A stretch of 64,000 nucleotides of DNA. Source: Verrucomicrobiia bacterium. GTDB taxonomy: Bacteria; Verrucomicrobiota; Verrucomicrobiia; JADLBR01. The notes under the pieces are model-generated. The model searched no databases, had not been told where the DNA came from, and worked only from the letters and a program-made list of their open reading frames with translations. A program made the position numbers and the translations under genes. This document shows, piece after piece, positions 10,501 to 18,753 of this stretch (within the stretch, counting starts at the first letter, position 1; each line of letters opens with the position of its first letter). The stretch spans positions 10,518-74,517 of the forward strand of contig JAPKHT010000009.1 of assembly GCA_026646655.1 (NCBI GenBank), written 5' to 3'.

Positions 10501-11451
10501 CACCAGATAGAGCATGCCGTCCTCGTGGATGATCTCCTCGGCGCCCTCCGTCCCGGCGATGGTCCTGAGGGTCTTTCCGGTGGCCGTATCGATCACCGAC
10601 ACGGGCGCCTCGATCCCCAGCGTCGCGCACAGCCGTTTGCCGGCCACGACCACGCGGCGCGGCAATGTCGCGGGGCCGCTCTTCAGTCCGTAGAGATTGC
10701 CGATCCACTGGTCTATCGGCTGTTTCCACAGGACGACGCCGTTGAACGCGTCGCGCGCGATGAGTTTCCAATGGCAGGGGAGGTACGGCGTGAACGTGCT
10801 GCCCTCGTCGAAGATATAGAACACCTTCCCGTCGCCGCTCACGCAGGCCGAGACGCTGGACATCTTGTCGTGGTGGCGCGACCAGCGCGGCCCCCCGACC
10901 CACTGGAGGTGTTGCAGCGGCGGCCTCAGCGCCTTGTCCTTGGACACCGCGTTGCCGGTCGCGTCGTACAACTGGTGCGTCCAGTCATCCATCGTGGCCG
11001 GGCGCGGCTTGACGATCGTCTCCTGCCCGACGACGGCCGCCCCCTCCGGCGCGAGGACGCGCAGGATCTCCTCCCGGGGCACCGCGTCGCCGCGCTCGAC
11101 GATCAGGAGGTTGACGAAGTTGTCGATGAACGGCAGCACCCCGCCCCGCCATTGGCCCACGGTGATCTTGCCGTGCAGGCCGGCCGCGACCAGGGCCTCG
11201 CGCGCCCGCCGGGCGTCGCCCTCGTCCGCCACCAGCAACTGGCCGAGCATGTTCGGGCACTCGCGCTGAACCCCGCACAACAGCGCGGCGTCCGCGCCGT
11301 GGACGTGCGCAACCACGCCCCCGGCAAAGCGGCCCTTCGCAATGACCGCCTGCGCCCCCTCCTCCGCGCGCAGGTCGCCGCACACGATGATCGAAAACAG
11401 CCACGCCGCGCCGGCGGCGATGACCCATGTCCGGGGTGTTCTTTCTCTCAT
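7561..11451 (-). CDS. secreted PQQ-binding-like beta-propeller repeat protein with N-terminal methyltransferase-like domain
   Basis: Signal peptide; LPFIDNFVNLLIV..EILRVLAPEG (class I MTase-like); many PQQ-type repeats (ARDAFNGVVLWK, ETGEVLWK, GASDGCVYCLDLKDGSLRWKF); Pro/Lys linker and an extra C-terminal domain. Confidence 0.8.
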   Translation of the reverse strand: MRERTPRTWVIAAGAAWLFSIIVCGDLRAEEGAQAVIAKGRFAGGVVAHVHGADAALLCGVQRECPNMLGQLLVADEGDARRAREALVAAGLHGKITVGQWRGGVLPFIDNFVNLLIVERGDAVPREEILRVLAPEGAAVVGQETIVKPRPATMDDWTHQLYDATGNAVSKDKALRPPLQHLQWVGGPRWSRHHDKMSSVSACVSGDGKVFYIFDEGSTFTPYLPCHWKLIARDAFNGVVLWKQPIDQWIGNLYGLKSGPATLPRRVVVAGKRLCATLGIEAPVSVIDTATGKTLRTIAGTEGAEEIIHEDGMLYLVADTNENKDEFQNGPRMNFIGGKWNIRKKQVLCCDIEAGKVLWSKSFDWVAPSTLSASKGKVYLFDGKQVVALGRETGEVLWKSAELPVWKEMATFYAPKLVVQGGVVMFVGGEDYVPHRGSAAGQVAGMSTENGKVLWKEKHLSGGYQSPGDLLVIGGKMWAANVTSGRKESPTGTGEIVARNPGTGQEEKKYDDIPAYWFHHRCYPAKATEDFLIMSRTGTEFVDLETGEWTLHHWVRGACLYGIMPANGLLYAPQHPCSCYIGAKMYGFTALAPAGSSRLALQPVPDDRRLIAASGAGAAFPGQLGRVEGEWPTYRADVARSGLVTGIGAPNRLRWSVKLPGAPTQPVIADQKVLVADKDNPVLCALAAGTGEPAWRFIPGGRVDSSPAIYKGLVYFGASDGCVYCLDLKDGSLRWKFQAAPAPAQHMYLERMESTHPVHGNVLVMDDRVYTVAGRSMFNDGGIRFLILDALTGRKIKEHIMDDKVPGTGESLQMQHEILNMPMALSDLLSSNGKKIFMRYQPFDLEGNRLDLIFSGKLYGYEAGSYAQHVATTHDPVATKQKGEDAHLFSGTGFLDDSWWHRTYWIYGNYHASGHSGYTQAGAKGAPAGRMITFDKDRIYTWGRLQRYFKWSEEYVFHLHAKNREYEDQWSVMLPILVRAMVASDDRLFLLGPEELMRQDEVKLRITEAEVQRIMAEQEKAMNGGSGSILLAVDKRSGKILSGHRMATAPVLDGMAGAYGNLYVAATDGTLSCIGGEGQGLEALADQKIEELNKNSAPPPPPAPEKGKGKGKKKQQAAPQKAAPASGPPRDADFAKVDGARVFQSALGYRVAAEGKAIGAAVRKLEAPAGGKVTLSCKIQYTSETGPNNGYLAFGDGDGEANLVKCGLRMRKKTAAIIQGPLAKEKGATAPCATEVGRPYELTVAVDLASGDVTLSAGGATVRAKLERPIRAITHVGYCVSGASADFGPVEIAQAR

Positions 11452-11574
11452 GGATCGTTCCTCGTCACGCTGGCCCCGCAGGGTAGTGGGGACGCCACCC
11501 ATGGTCGAGCGGGAATGCCCTCGGCGGGAGACCCGCGACGGCACGGGGGAGATGATCGCCAGACCCCCATGAAC

Positions 11575-13263
11575 TCACTCCCTACCTTTTCCCATGGTGA
11601 CGAATTCCGTCTCGCTCAGCACGCCATCCTTGTTGGCATCGAACGTCGGGAAACGGCGGCGCCCCTCGGCCTCGTCCGGGAATCGATGGAGGTACTCCTC
11701 CAGCGTGAGCCTGCCGTCCCGGTCGGCATCCTTTTCCGCGAACGCCGCGCGGCGATCCAGCGGCGGCTTGCCCGGCGTGGCCGCCCTGGCCTTTGGGCGC
11801 CTGGGGGGCGTTTCGACGACCCCGCCGGTGGCGGCGGCCTGATCGCGCGCCTTGCTCGGCGGGAGCGACCTGTGCCATGCCAGCGCCTTGGCGATGAGTT
11901 CCTTCGCCACGTCCGGTTGCGCGCCCGCGACATCGTGCTGCTCGCCCGGATCGGTCGGGATATTATATAGCTGTGGGCGGCTGCCGTCATGGTTGACGAA
12001 GAGTTTCCACGGCCCGTCGCGCACGGCGAGCATCGGCGGCATGTAGCCGTCGTCGGCCCCCTGCACACTGAACAGCCACTCCCAGTGCAGCGGACTGGTG
12101 CGCGGGCGCGTCGCGCCGAGCCAGATGTCGCTCACGTCCTCGCCGTCGGGCCGAACGCCCGGTGACAACTCGATGCCGGCGAGCCTGCAGATCGTCGGCA
12201 GAAAATCCACGGCGCCGATCACGCTGGTCTCATCCACCCTTCCCGCCGGGACGCGTGCCGGCCACCGCAGCAGGCCGAAGGTGCGGATGCCACCCTCGTA
12301 CATGCTGCGCTTCCGGGCGCGCAGGGGCCCCGCGCTGCCCACGCCCGCGTTCGCGGCGTTGCCGATGCGGTAATCCTCGGGGCCGTTGTCGCTGGACAAG
12401 AAGATGATCGTGTCGTTGGCCAACCCCATCTCATCCAGCGCCGCGAAGAGTCTGCCCAGCTGGGTGTCGAGGTCGGTGAGCGACGCGCAAAACACCCGCA
12501 TCTGGCCCGCCAGGTCCTTCGCCCCGGCGAGGTATTTCTGCATCCATGGGCCGAATGCCGGATCATCGGCCTTGGGCGCGAGGGTCTCGTATTCCCGGAG
12601 TTGCTCCGGCGTTGGCTTGAGCGGGGCATGCGGCAACAGCGTCCAGGCATTCACGTAGAAAGGGCCGTCCTTGTGCCCCCTGATGAACCCGATCGTCTCG
12701 TCCACGATCAGCGCGGTGGACTTCGCCCGGAAATAGGGGTCTTTCGCATCCTCGCCCAGCGGGGCGCCGGCCGAGCCCACCGTCTTGGACACATCGAAGC
12801 CATAGGCCTCCGGCGGCGGGGCGCCCGTCCCGCTGCCGAGATGCCATTTCCCGAAGTGGGCCGTCGAGTAGCCGGCGTCGCGAAGCAGTTTCGGCAGCGT
12901 TGCCACACCGGGGTCCAGCCAGTTCGGCATGGAGCGCGCGGCGTTGGAGGCGTGGTCGGAGAAGTGCCCGTGGATGAGATGCCTGGCCGGGACGTGCCCC
13001 GTCATAAAGGCGCACCGGCTCGGCGAACACACCGTGGCGGCAACGTAGAATTGCCTGAACCAGGTGCCCTGGCCCGCAAGCCGATCGAGGTGCGGCGTCC
13101 TCACATAAGGGTGCCCCGCGAACCGCGCGTCCCCCCAGCCCTGGTCATCCGTGAGAATGAAGATGACGTTGGGCGACTTGGCCGGCCTGCCGCCGTCGGC
13201 GGCGATGGCCAAGGCCAATGGGGCCAGGTGGAGGGCCGCGAGGATGGCGATCCCGTGTTTCAT
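11575..13263 (-). CDS. secreted sulfatase (formylglycine-dependent) with C-terminal EF-hand pair
   Basis: PNVIFILTDDQG, CSPSR active-site motif, GKWHLG, SDNG; C-terminal DADRDGRLTLEE and DANKDGVLSETE. Confidence 0.93.
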   Translation of the reverse strand: MKHGIAILAALHLAPLALAIAADGGRPAKSPNVIFILTDDQGWGDARFAGHPYVRTPHLDRLAGQGTWFRQFYVAATVCSPSRCAFMTGHVPARHLIHGHFSDHASNAARSMPNWLDPGVATLPKLLRDAGYSTAHFGKWHLGSGTGAPPPEAYGFDVSKTVGSAGAPLGEDAKDPYFRAKSTALIVDETIGFIRGHKDGPFYVNAWTLLPHAPLKPTPEQLREYETLAPKADDPAFGPWMQKYLAGAKDLAGQMRVFCASLTDLDTQLGRLFAALDEMGLANDTIIFLSSDNGPEDYRIGNAANAGVGSAGPLRARKRSMYEGGIRTFGLLRWPARVPAGRVDETSVIGAVDFLPTICRLAGIELSPGVRPDGEDVSDIWLGATRPRTSPLHWEWLFSVQGADDGYMPPMLAVRDGPWKLFVNHDGSRPQLYNIPTDPGEQHDVAGAQPDVAKELIAKALAWHRSLPPSKARDQAAATGGVVETPPRRPKARAATPGKPPLDRRAAFAEKDADRDGRLTLEEYLHRFPDEAEGRRRFPTFDANKDGVLSETEFVTMGKGRE

Positions 13264-13425
13264 TCCCAGATAATAGCCGAATCGCGTCCGATTCGGACAC
13301 GGTCAGCCCAGGGCCTGCCGCGAGCCGACCGGCGCACCCCGCGCCGCACCCTGGCGGCAACCGCCCCGGGGCCGCGTCCGACCTCGGCATGCTCCCCGAG
13401 GGCGGCGGGCCCGGGCGGGCCCGGT

Positions 13426-16218
13426 TCAGCGACCCGTCGATGCCGGGGCGGCCTCCAGCCGAATGTCATCGACGTAAAAGGCGGCCTGGTTGGTGGCCAT
13501 GCTGATGAACCCAAACCACTGGAGGCGCTTGAAATCCTTGGATCGCAGGGGCAGCCCCTCGAACTTCTGCGGCGCGCCGCCGGCGGGGGTCACGGTGAGG
13601 CACCACGTGCCCGAGGCCTGCTCACCGAGGCCGCAGGCGATCTCGAACCGCGTCCACTGGCCGTGCGGCACGGAAGCGAGTTTCTTGCGATCGGCAGTGA
13701 CGCCCCCGTCGGCCTCGACGCGAAACGAGGGCCCCGCATGGTAGGGGCTGGCGGCATCGCGCCACTCGTGCCAGAGGATGGCGCCCGGTTCGGTGCGGGC
13801 GACGAAGCTCGCGCGAGCGACTCCCTTGATCAGGCGCGGGCGATATTGGAGCAACGGGTTGTGCGCCGCGGAGAGGCCCGTCGTGTCGGTGAACTTCAGG
13901 CTGTGCTTTCCGGAGGCGGCGCGATCATCCGCGACACGGATCGTGGCGTCGATCGACTCGCCGTGGGTCTCGGCCCTCGCCGCCTTCTCGCCCTTGGCCG
14001 TCCCCTCGAAGTCCTCGAAGAACGACGACAGCGCCGGTGGCGCGGTGGGGGGCAGGTTGAACCCGGGGCGCCGCACCCTGCGGGGCAGCTCCACCCACGC
14101 CGCGTCGCCATAGAGCCCGATACCCGAGGTATCGATGGGGCGAAAGCCGATCCTCTCCGCCGGCGAGCCGGCCCTCAGCCGAAAATCGCGCTCCGCGGGA
14201 TCGGCGAACAGCGGGTCCGCGATGATCGAGTCCTTGTCCTGCCCGCTGGTGGCGCGCCACTCGTCCCACTCGCGCCCATCGAAGAGGGGCTCGGCCTTCG
14301 ACGTGGTCCAGTAGAGGTTGCTGTTGACGCAATAGTCGCCGTTCTTCCACACGCGGCTGAGCATGTTGTCGTTGTCGCAATAGACGATGTTGCGCACGAT
14401 GGTCATGGAATTGGTGACGTCCTCGCGCGAGCGGCGGATCTGGGTCTCGCGGGAGAACGCGAGGATGTTGTTGCGGACGAGGTTGCCCCGGCCGTAGTGC
14501 TGGTGGAAGCAGCCGTCCTTGGTATCGTGGACGATATTGTTCTCCAGCGTGATCTCTGAGGAGCCCTCGTCGGTGTAGAGCCCCCAGCCGCCATAGCTGT
14601 AGCTGTTGACGTGGTGGATGTGGTTGTGCGCGACCACCGTGCCCGGCGATGGGCCAAGGCTGTAGACGCCGCCCATGTCGCTGAGCACGCCCCAGCCGAT
14701 GTGGTGGAGATGGTTGCCCGCGATCCGATTGTGGTGCGCCGCGCTCTCGCCAAAACCCCACACCCAGCCGACCGACACCGACGAATAGTACAGGTCGCAG
14801 ATCTCGTTTCGCGTCACCTCGTTGTGCGCGCTGTGGCCGATGATGACGCCGACCCCGGCCGCAAAGACGCGCCCGCCATCGTGGATGAAGCAGTTGTCCA
14901 CGATGTTATGCCCCGTGTCGCGGGGGCCCGATCCGTCCTTCGCGAGCTCCGGCACCGCGGGCCCGGTGACGGCGGAGGTCCTGGACGCGGTCTTCTGTCG
15001 GACGAACTCGCCGATGCGTATGCCGCCGCCGCCGAAATCGTGGACGTGGCACCCGACGACCCGGTTCTCTTTGCAGCCATCCTCGATCGCGATGGCGTAG
15101 GTGCCGACGTGCGCGATCTCGCAGCCCTCCAGCGCGACCCGCCGCGCGCCGCGGGCGTGGACCGCCCCGGGCAGGAACACGAACGCCTGGCCGTCGATGG
15201 TCTGCCCCCGGTCGGCGAACGACCAGTCCGCGTGCCGGAACGACAGACCGCGCAGCACGACATCGTGGACGGACTGCCCCTTGGACCAATCTGCCTCGAT
15301 CAGGATCAACTGCGCCAGGGCGGGCGCGATGACATCGGCCCTGGCCATGTCCTCGCCGGGCATCGGGAAATACTCCAGGAGGCCGGTCTTGCGGTCGAGG
15401 TACCATTCTCCCGGCGCGTCGAGCGCCTCGCGCACGTTCTCGACGTGGTAGCGCTGCTCGGTCTCCCAATAGCCCACGGGCCAGCCGGAGCGGTTGGTGA
15501 AGTGCGCGGTTCCCGCCGCCTCATCCACGCGGTCGAGCCAGTGCATAGACGTCGTCCACGAGTGGTACAGGAACACGTTCACGTCGCCGGGATTGCGCCA
15601 CGATCCCTTGAGGTCGCCCTCGCGGAACTTGAATCCGGTGCGGATGGCCATGTTCTTGGCGAATGCGGGATCCTTGCGATCCTTGCTATATTTCTCCAGC
15701 GGCCCGAGGGCCCGAAGGTACCCCTCGTTGGGCGTGCGGGCGCGCGTCCGCCTTTCGCCATTCACGAACAGTTGATGGAAGTACCACTGCCCCGCCTTGA
15801 CCCCGGGAATCTCCGTCCGCCAGATCCCGCCGTCGCCCTTGGTCCAGCCCCCGATCGTGCGCCCGCCGGAGAAGACCGGCGTCTCGCCGCGCCTGGCGGC
15901 AAAGACGATGGGCGCGTCCTTTTCGCCCGAGTCATCCGGCCCGAGGCGGAACGGTTCCGGGAGCGAATAGGTGCCCCCGCGGATGTCCACGGTGATGGGC
16001 CGCGGGACCGGCCCGGCCTTCTTCAGTTCTCGCGCGACGTCGCGGGCCCGCGCCAGCGAGGCGACGGGACCATCGGTCTTGGCGGCATTCGGCGACGGCA
16101 GCCTGCCCGACCACGCGTCGTTCCCCGCGGGGGAAACGTACACGTCGGCCTTCGGGCCGCAGGCGACGAGGGCGAGCGCGAGGGCCGCGCCGATGGAGTG
16201 GTTCACGAAGTTCTTCAT
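13426..16218 (-). CDS. exported right-handed parallel beta-helix protein (GH141-like polysaccharide-active enzyme), possible lipoprotein
   Basis: LALVAC lipobox-like signal; YVSPAGNDAWSG, LFVNGERRTRARTPN, LDAPGEWY, DMGGVYSLG, WGLYTDEGSS beta-helix motifs; additional C-terminal beta-sandwich. Confidence 0.8.
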   Translation of the reverse strand: MKNFVNHSIGAALALALVACGPKADVYVSPAGNDAWSGRLPSPNAAKTDGPVASLARARDVARELKKAGPVPRPITVDIRGGTYSLPEPFRLGPDDSGEKDAPIVFAARRGETPVFSGGRTIGGWTKGDGGIWRTEIPGVKAGQWYFHQLFVNGERRTRARTPNEGYLRALGPLEKYSKDRKDPAFAKNMAIRTGFKFREGDLKGSWRNPGDVNVFLYHSWTTSMHWLDRVDEAAGTAHFTNRSGWPVGYWETEQRYHVENVREALDAPGEWYLDRKTGLLEYFPMPGEDMARADVIAPALAQLILIEADWSKGQSVHDVVLRGLSFRHADWSFADRGQTIDGQAFVFLPGAVHARGARRVALEGCEIAHVGTYAIAIEDGCKENRVVGCHVHDFGGGGIRIGEFVRQKTASRTSAVTGPAVPELAKDGSGPRDTGHNIVDNCFIHDGGRVFAAGVGVIIGHSAHNEVTRNEICDLYYSSVSVGWVWGFGESAAHHNRIAGNHLHHIGWGVLSDMGGVYSLGPSPGTVVAHNHIHHVNSYSYGGWGLYTDEGSSEITLENNIVHDTKDGCFHQHYGRGNLVRNNILAFSRETQIRRSREDVTNSMTIVRNIVYCDNDNMLSRVWKNGDYCVNSNLYWTTSKAEPLFDGREWDEWRATSGQDKDSIIADPLFADPAERDFRLRAGSPAERIGFRPIDTSGIGLYGDAAWVELPRRVRRPGFNLPPTAPPALSSFFEDFEGTAKGEKAARAETHGESIDATIRVADDRAASGKHSLKFTDTTGLSAAHNPLLQYRPRLIKGVARASFVARTEPGAILWHEWRDAASPYHAGPSFRVEADGGVTADRKKLASVPHGQWTRFEIACGLGEQASGTWCLTVTPAGGAPQKFEGLPLRSKDFKRLQWFGFISMATNQAAFYVDDIRLEAAPASTGR

Positions 16219-16240
16219 AGTCTATGGATCCACAATTGAG

Positions 16241-16417
16241 CTTGAAGATTTAGTGCCCCGTTGTCCGACCGGCAAGCGCGTTCGGCCACGGGAATTGTCG
16301 AGGCTGCCCTGCCAGCAGCACTCCTGGTGTGCCGGGGCTGCCTGAAGGCAGCACTACGAACGTTCCCGCGGCTCTGGGCTCGTAGTGTCGCCTTCGGGCG
16401 GCATCCGCACAAACCGC
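16241..16417 (-). repeat. composite REP/REPIN-like repeat (modules B+A) directly downstream of ptsP
   Basis: Inverted pair GCTGCCTGAAGGCAGCACTAC (16337-16357) and GTAGTGTCGCCTTCGGGCGGCA (16382-16403). Close matches occur at about 51950-52065 and 62295-62415. Confidence 0.85.
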
Positions 16418-18658
16418 TCACACGCCCAGCGCGGCCTCGATGTCCCCGGCCCGGCCCATGCGCACGAGGGCATCGGCCTTGCGGCGCGCGTCATCGGCGC
16501 GGATGGCGGCGATGGCCTTGTGCAGGGCCGGGATCTGGCGGACCTCGACGCTCAGTGTCCGTATGCCGATGCCCAGGAGAAACGGGAGCATCCGCGGGTC
16601 GGAGGCCATCTGTCCGCACAGCGAGATCGGCTTGCCGCGGGCGATCGCGGCGTCCGTGGCGCGCTTCATCGCGCGCAGCACCGCGGGGTGGTGTGCGACG
16701 TAGAGGTCGGACACGTGCTCGTTGGTGCGGTCCACGGCCAGCAGGTACTGGACGAGGTCGTTGCTGCCGATCGAAAGGAAATCCGCCTCCTGGGCGAGCT
16801 CGTCCGCCATCTCGACGGCGGCGGGCACCTCGACCATGACGCCGAGCCTCGGGCAGGGGTTGTGATCGATGCCCTCCGCGCCCAGGTCGCGGGCGCAGCG
16901 GGCCACCGCTTCCCGGGCCCGGGCGAACTCCTCGACCGACGCGACCAGCGGGAACATGATGCGCAGGTCGGCGCCGGCGCCGGCGCGCAGCAGCGCGCGG
17001 ATCTGCTGCGCGAAGGTCGCCTCGTTGCGCAGCGAGAAGCGTATGGCCCGCAGCCCCAGGGCCGGGTTCGCCTCGTGGACCCAGGGATAGTCCGCGAGCA
17101 TCTTGTCGCCCCCGATGTCCAGGGTCCGGAAGACCACGGGGCGGCCGCCCATGCCATCGAGGATCCTGCGATAGATCAGGTATTGCTCCTCCTCGGCGAG
17201 AAAGTCGTTGCGCACCAGGAAGGGAAACTCGCTCCGGTATAGCCCGATGCCCCCGGCATTCATCTTCCGCGCCACCGCGATCTCGCTCAGGAGGTTGATG
17301 TTCGCGAACACGTGGACCCGCTCCCCGTCGATCGTCGTCGCCACCTCGGGGCACTCCGCCCCTAGCCGTTCCGCCTCGGCGCGGACGGCGGAGAGCTCGG
17401 CGTACTTCCTGACGAGATCCTCGGGGGGATCGATGAACGCGGTGCCCTGGTCGCCGTCGATCAGGATGGGGCGCCCCGCCGGCACCGCGAACAGCCGGCG
17501 GTCCTCGGCCACGACGACCGGCAGCCGCAGCGACCGGGCCAGTATCGAGACGTGCGCCGTGACGCCGCCGCCGATCAGCAGCAGTCCCTCCGCGCGCTGG
17601 GCGGCCAGCTTCACGATGTCGGAGGCCATCAGCTCGCCCGCGATGAGCACGCAGCCCCGATAGTCGGGCGTGGTCTCGGGACCCTCCCGGAGATTCTGCA
17701 CGAGGCGGCGCCCCAGGTCCCGGACGTCCTGCACCTTCTCGCGCAGCCGCGCGTTGGGGCTCGCCGAAAAGATGCGCACGTACTCGCCGACGACCTTGGC
17801 GACGGCGGCCTCGGGGGCGAGGCCATTCTCGATGAGCGCGGTCATCTGGCCGGAGAACTCGGTGTCCTTGACCATCAGCAGGTGCGCGCTGAAAATCATC
17901 GAGGCCACGTCGGCCAGGCGCTCCTCCATGGCGCGCTGGAGCTCGGCGAGCTGGGACTCGGTGCGCTCCAGCGCGCGGCGGAAATCCGCGAGGGTCGAGG
18001 GCCTCGATGGGCGCTGCTCCTCGAAGACGCCCAGCACGACGGCCCGGCCGTGGGCGTGGCCGCCCGAGGCCGCTGCGCCCTTGATATAGCGGAGGTCGGA
18101 CGGGCCCGCGTCCGCGTCGGCGGACCCCGCCTGCCGGTCCCGCAGGCCCATCAGCAGCTTCGCGTTGTCGATCGTCGTGGCGAGCTGGGCCGCGATCGTC
18201 GCGAGCGCCCTGGCATCGTTGTCGTCAAAATAATCTGGCACGGGATCCTGGACGACGAGGACGCCGAGGGGCGCGAGCCCGCGCACGATCGGCACGGCGA
18301 GGAATGCCTCGTAGCGCTCCTCGTCGGTGCCGGGCACGAACTTGAACCGCGGGTTGCGGTTGGCCCGGGCCTCGAGGATCGGGCGCTGCCACTCGAATGC
18401 GGTGCCCACGAGACCCTCGCCGGGCTTCAGGCGGACGCGGCCGACGGCATCGGGATTCAGCCCCTGATTGGCCGTGAGGATCAGCATCCGCTCCTCGGCG
18501 TCATAGATGTAAATGGAGCACACGGCGGCCTTCATGTGATAGGCCACGATGCTCGCGGCGTTCTGGAGGAAATCATCGAGGTTGACGCTCTTCTCGAAGA
18601 GGCCGGCCAGTTCCCCGATGTCGCAGACCAGGGCGACATTGTCTTTCCGCCGTGACAT
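16418..18658 (-). CDS. ptsP: PEP-protein phosphotransferase, GAF-containing enzyme I (EI-Ntr type)
   Basis: N-terminal GAF; phospho-His motif TAHVSILAR; GIGLYRSEF, RTLDIGGDK, EANPALGLRAIR, SIGSNDLVQY, LCGQMASDP. Confidence 0.93.
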   Translation of the reverse strand: MSRRKDNVALVCDIGELAGLFEKSVNLDDFLQNAASIVAYHMKAAVCSIYIYDAEERMLILTANQGLNPDAVGRVRLKPGEGLVGTAFEWQRPILEARANRNPRFKFVPGTDEERYEAFLAVPIVRGLAPLGVLVVQDPVPDYFDDNDARALATIAAQLATTIDNAKLLMGLRDRQAGSADADAGPSDLRYIKGAAASGGHAHGRAVVLGVFEEQRPSRPSTLADFRRALERTESQLAELQRAMEERLADVASMIFSAHLLMVKDTEFSGQMTALIENGLAPEAAVAKVVGEYVRIFSASPNARLREKVQDVRDLGRRLVQNLREGPETTPDYRGCVLIAGELMASDIVKLAAQRAEGLLLIGGGVTAHVSILARSLRLPVVVAEDRRLFAVPAGRPILIDGDQGTAFIDPPEDLVRKYAELSAVRAEAERLGAECPEVATTIDGERVHVFANINLLSEIAVARKMNAGGIGLYRSEFPFLVRNDFLAEEEQYLIYRRILDGMGGRPVVFRTLDIGGDKMLADYPWVHEANPALGLRAIRFSLRNEATFAQQIRALLRAGAGADLRIMFPLVASVEEFARAREAVARCARDLGAEGIDHNPCPRLGVMVEVPAAVEMADELAQEADFLSIGSNDLVQYLLAVDRTNEHVSDLYVAHHPAVLRAMKRATDAAIARGKPISLCGQMASDPRMLPFLLGIGIRTLSVEVRQIPALHKAIAAIRADDARRKADALVRMGRAGDIEAALGV

Positions 18659-18753
18659 GCCTGCCGTGTATCAGGATTCGCGCCGGGTCGCAAACGCGGA
18701 AGCGGATGCGCCGGGCATTGCGCGCGGGGCGCTCGCGCCGCATGCTCTCCGCC

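Noticed and set aside
13275-13294. Hairpin CCGAATCG-N4-CGATTCGG upstream of the sulfatase, and the CCCGACCC...GGGTCGGG pair near 42230-42269
   Set aside because: Single copies without U-tracts; cannot be told apart from chance in GC-rich DNA.
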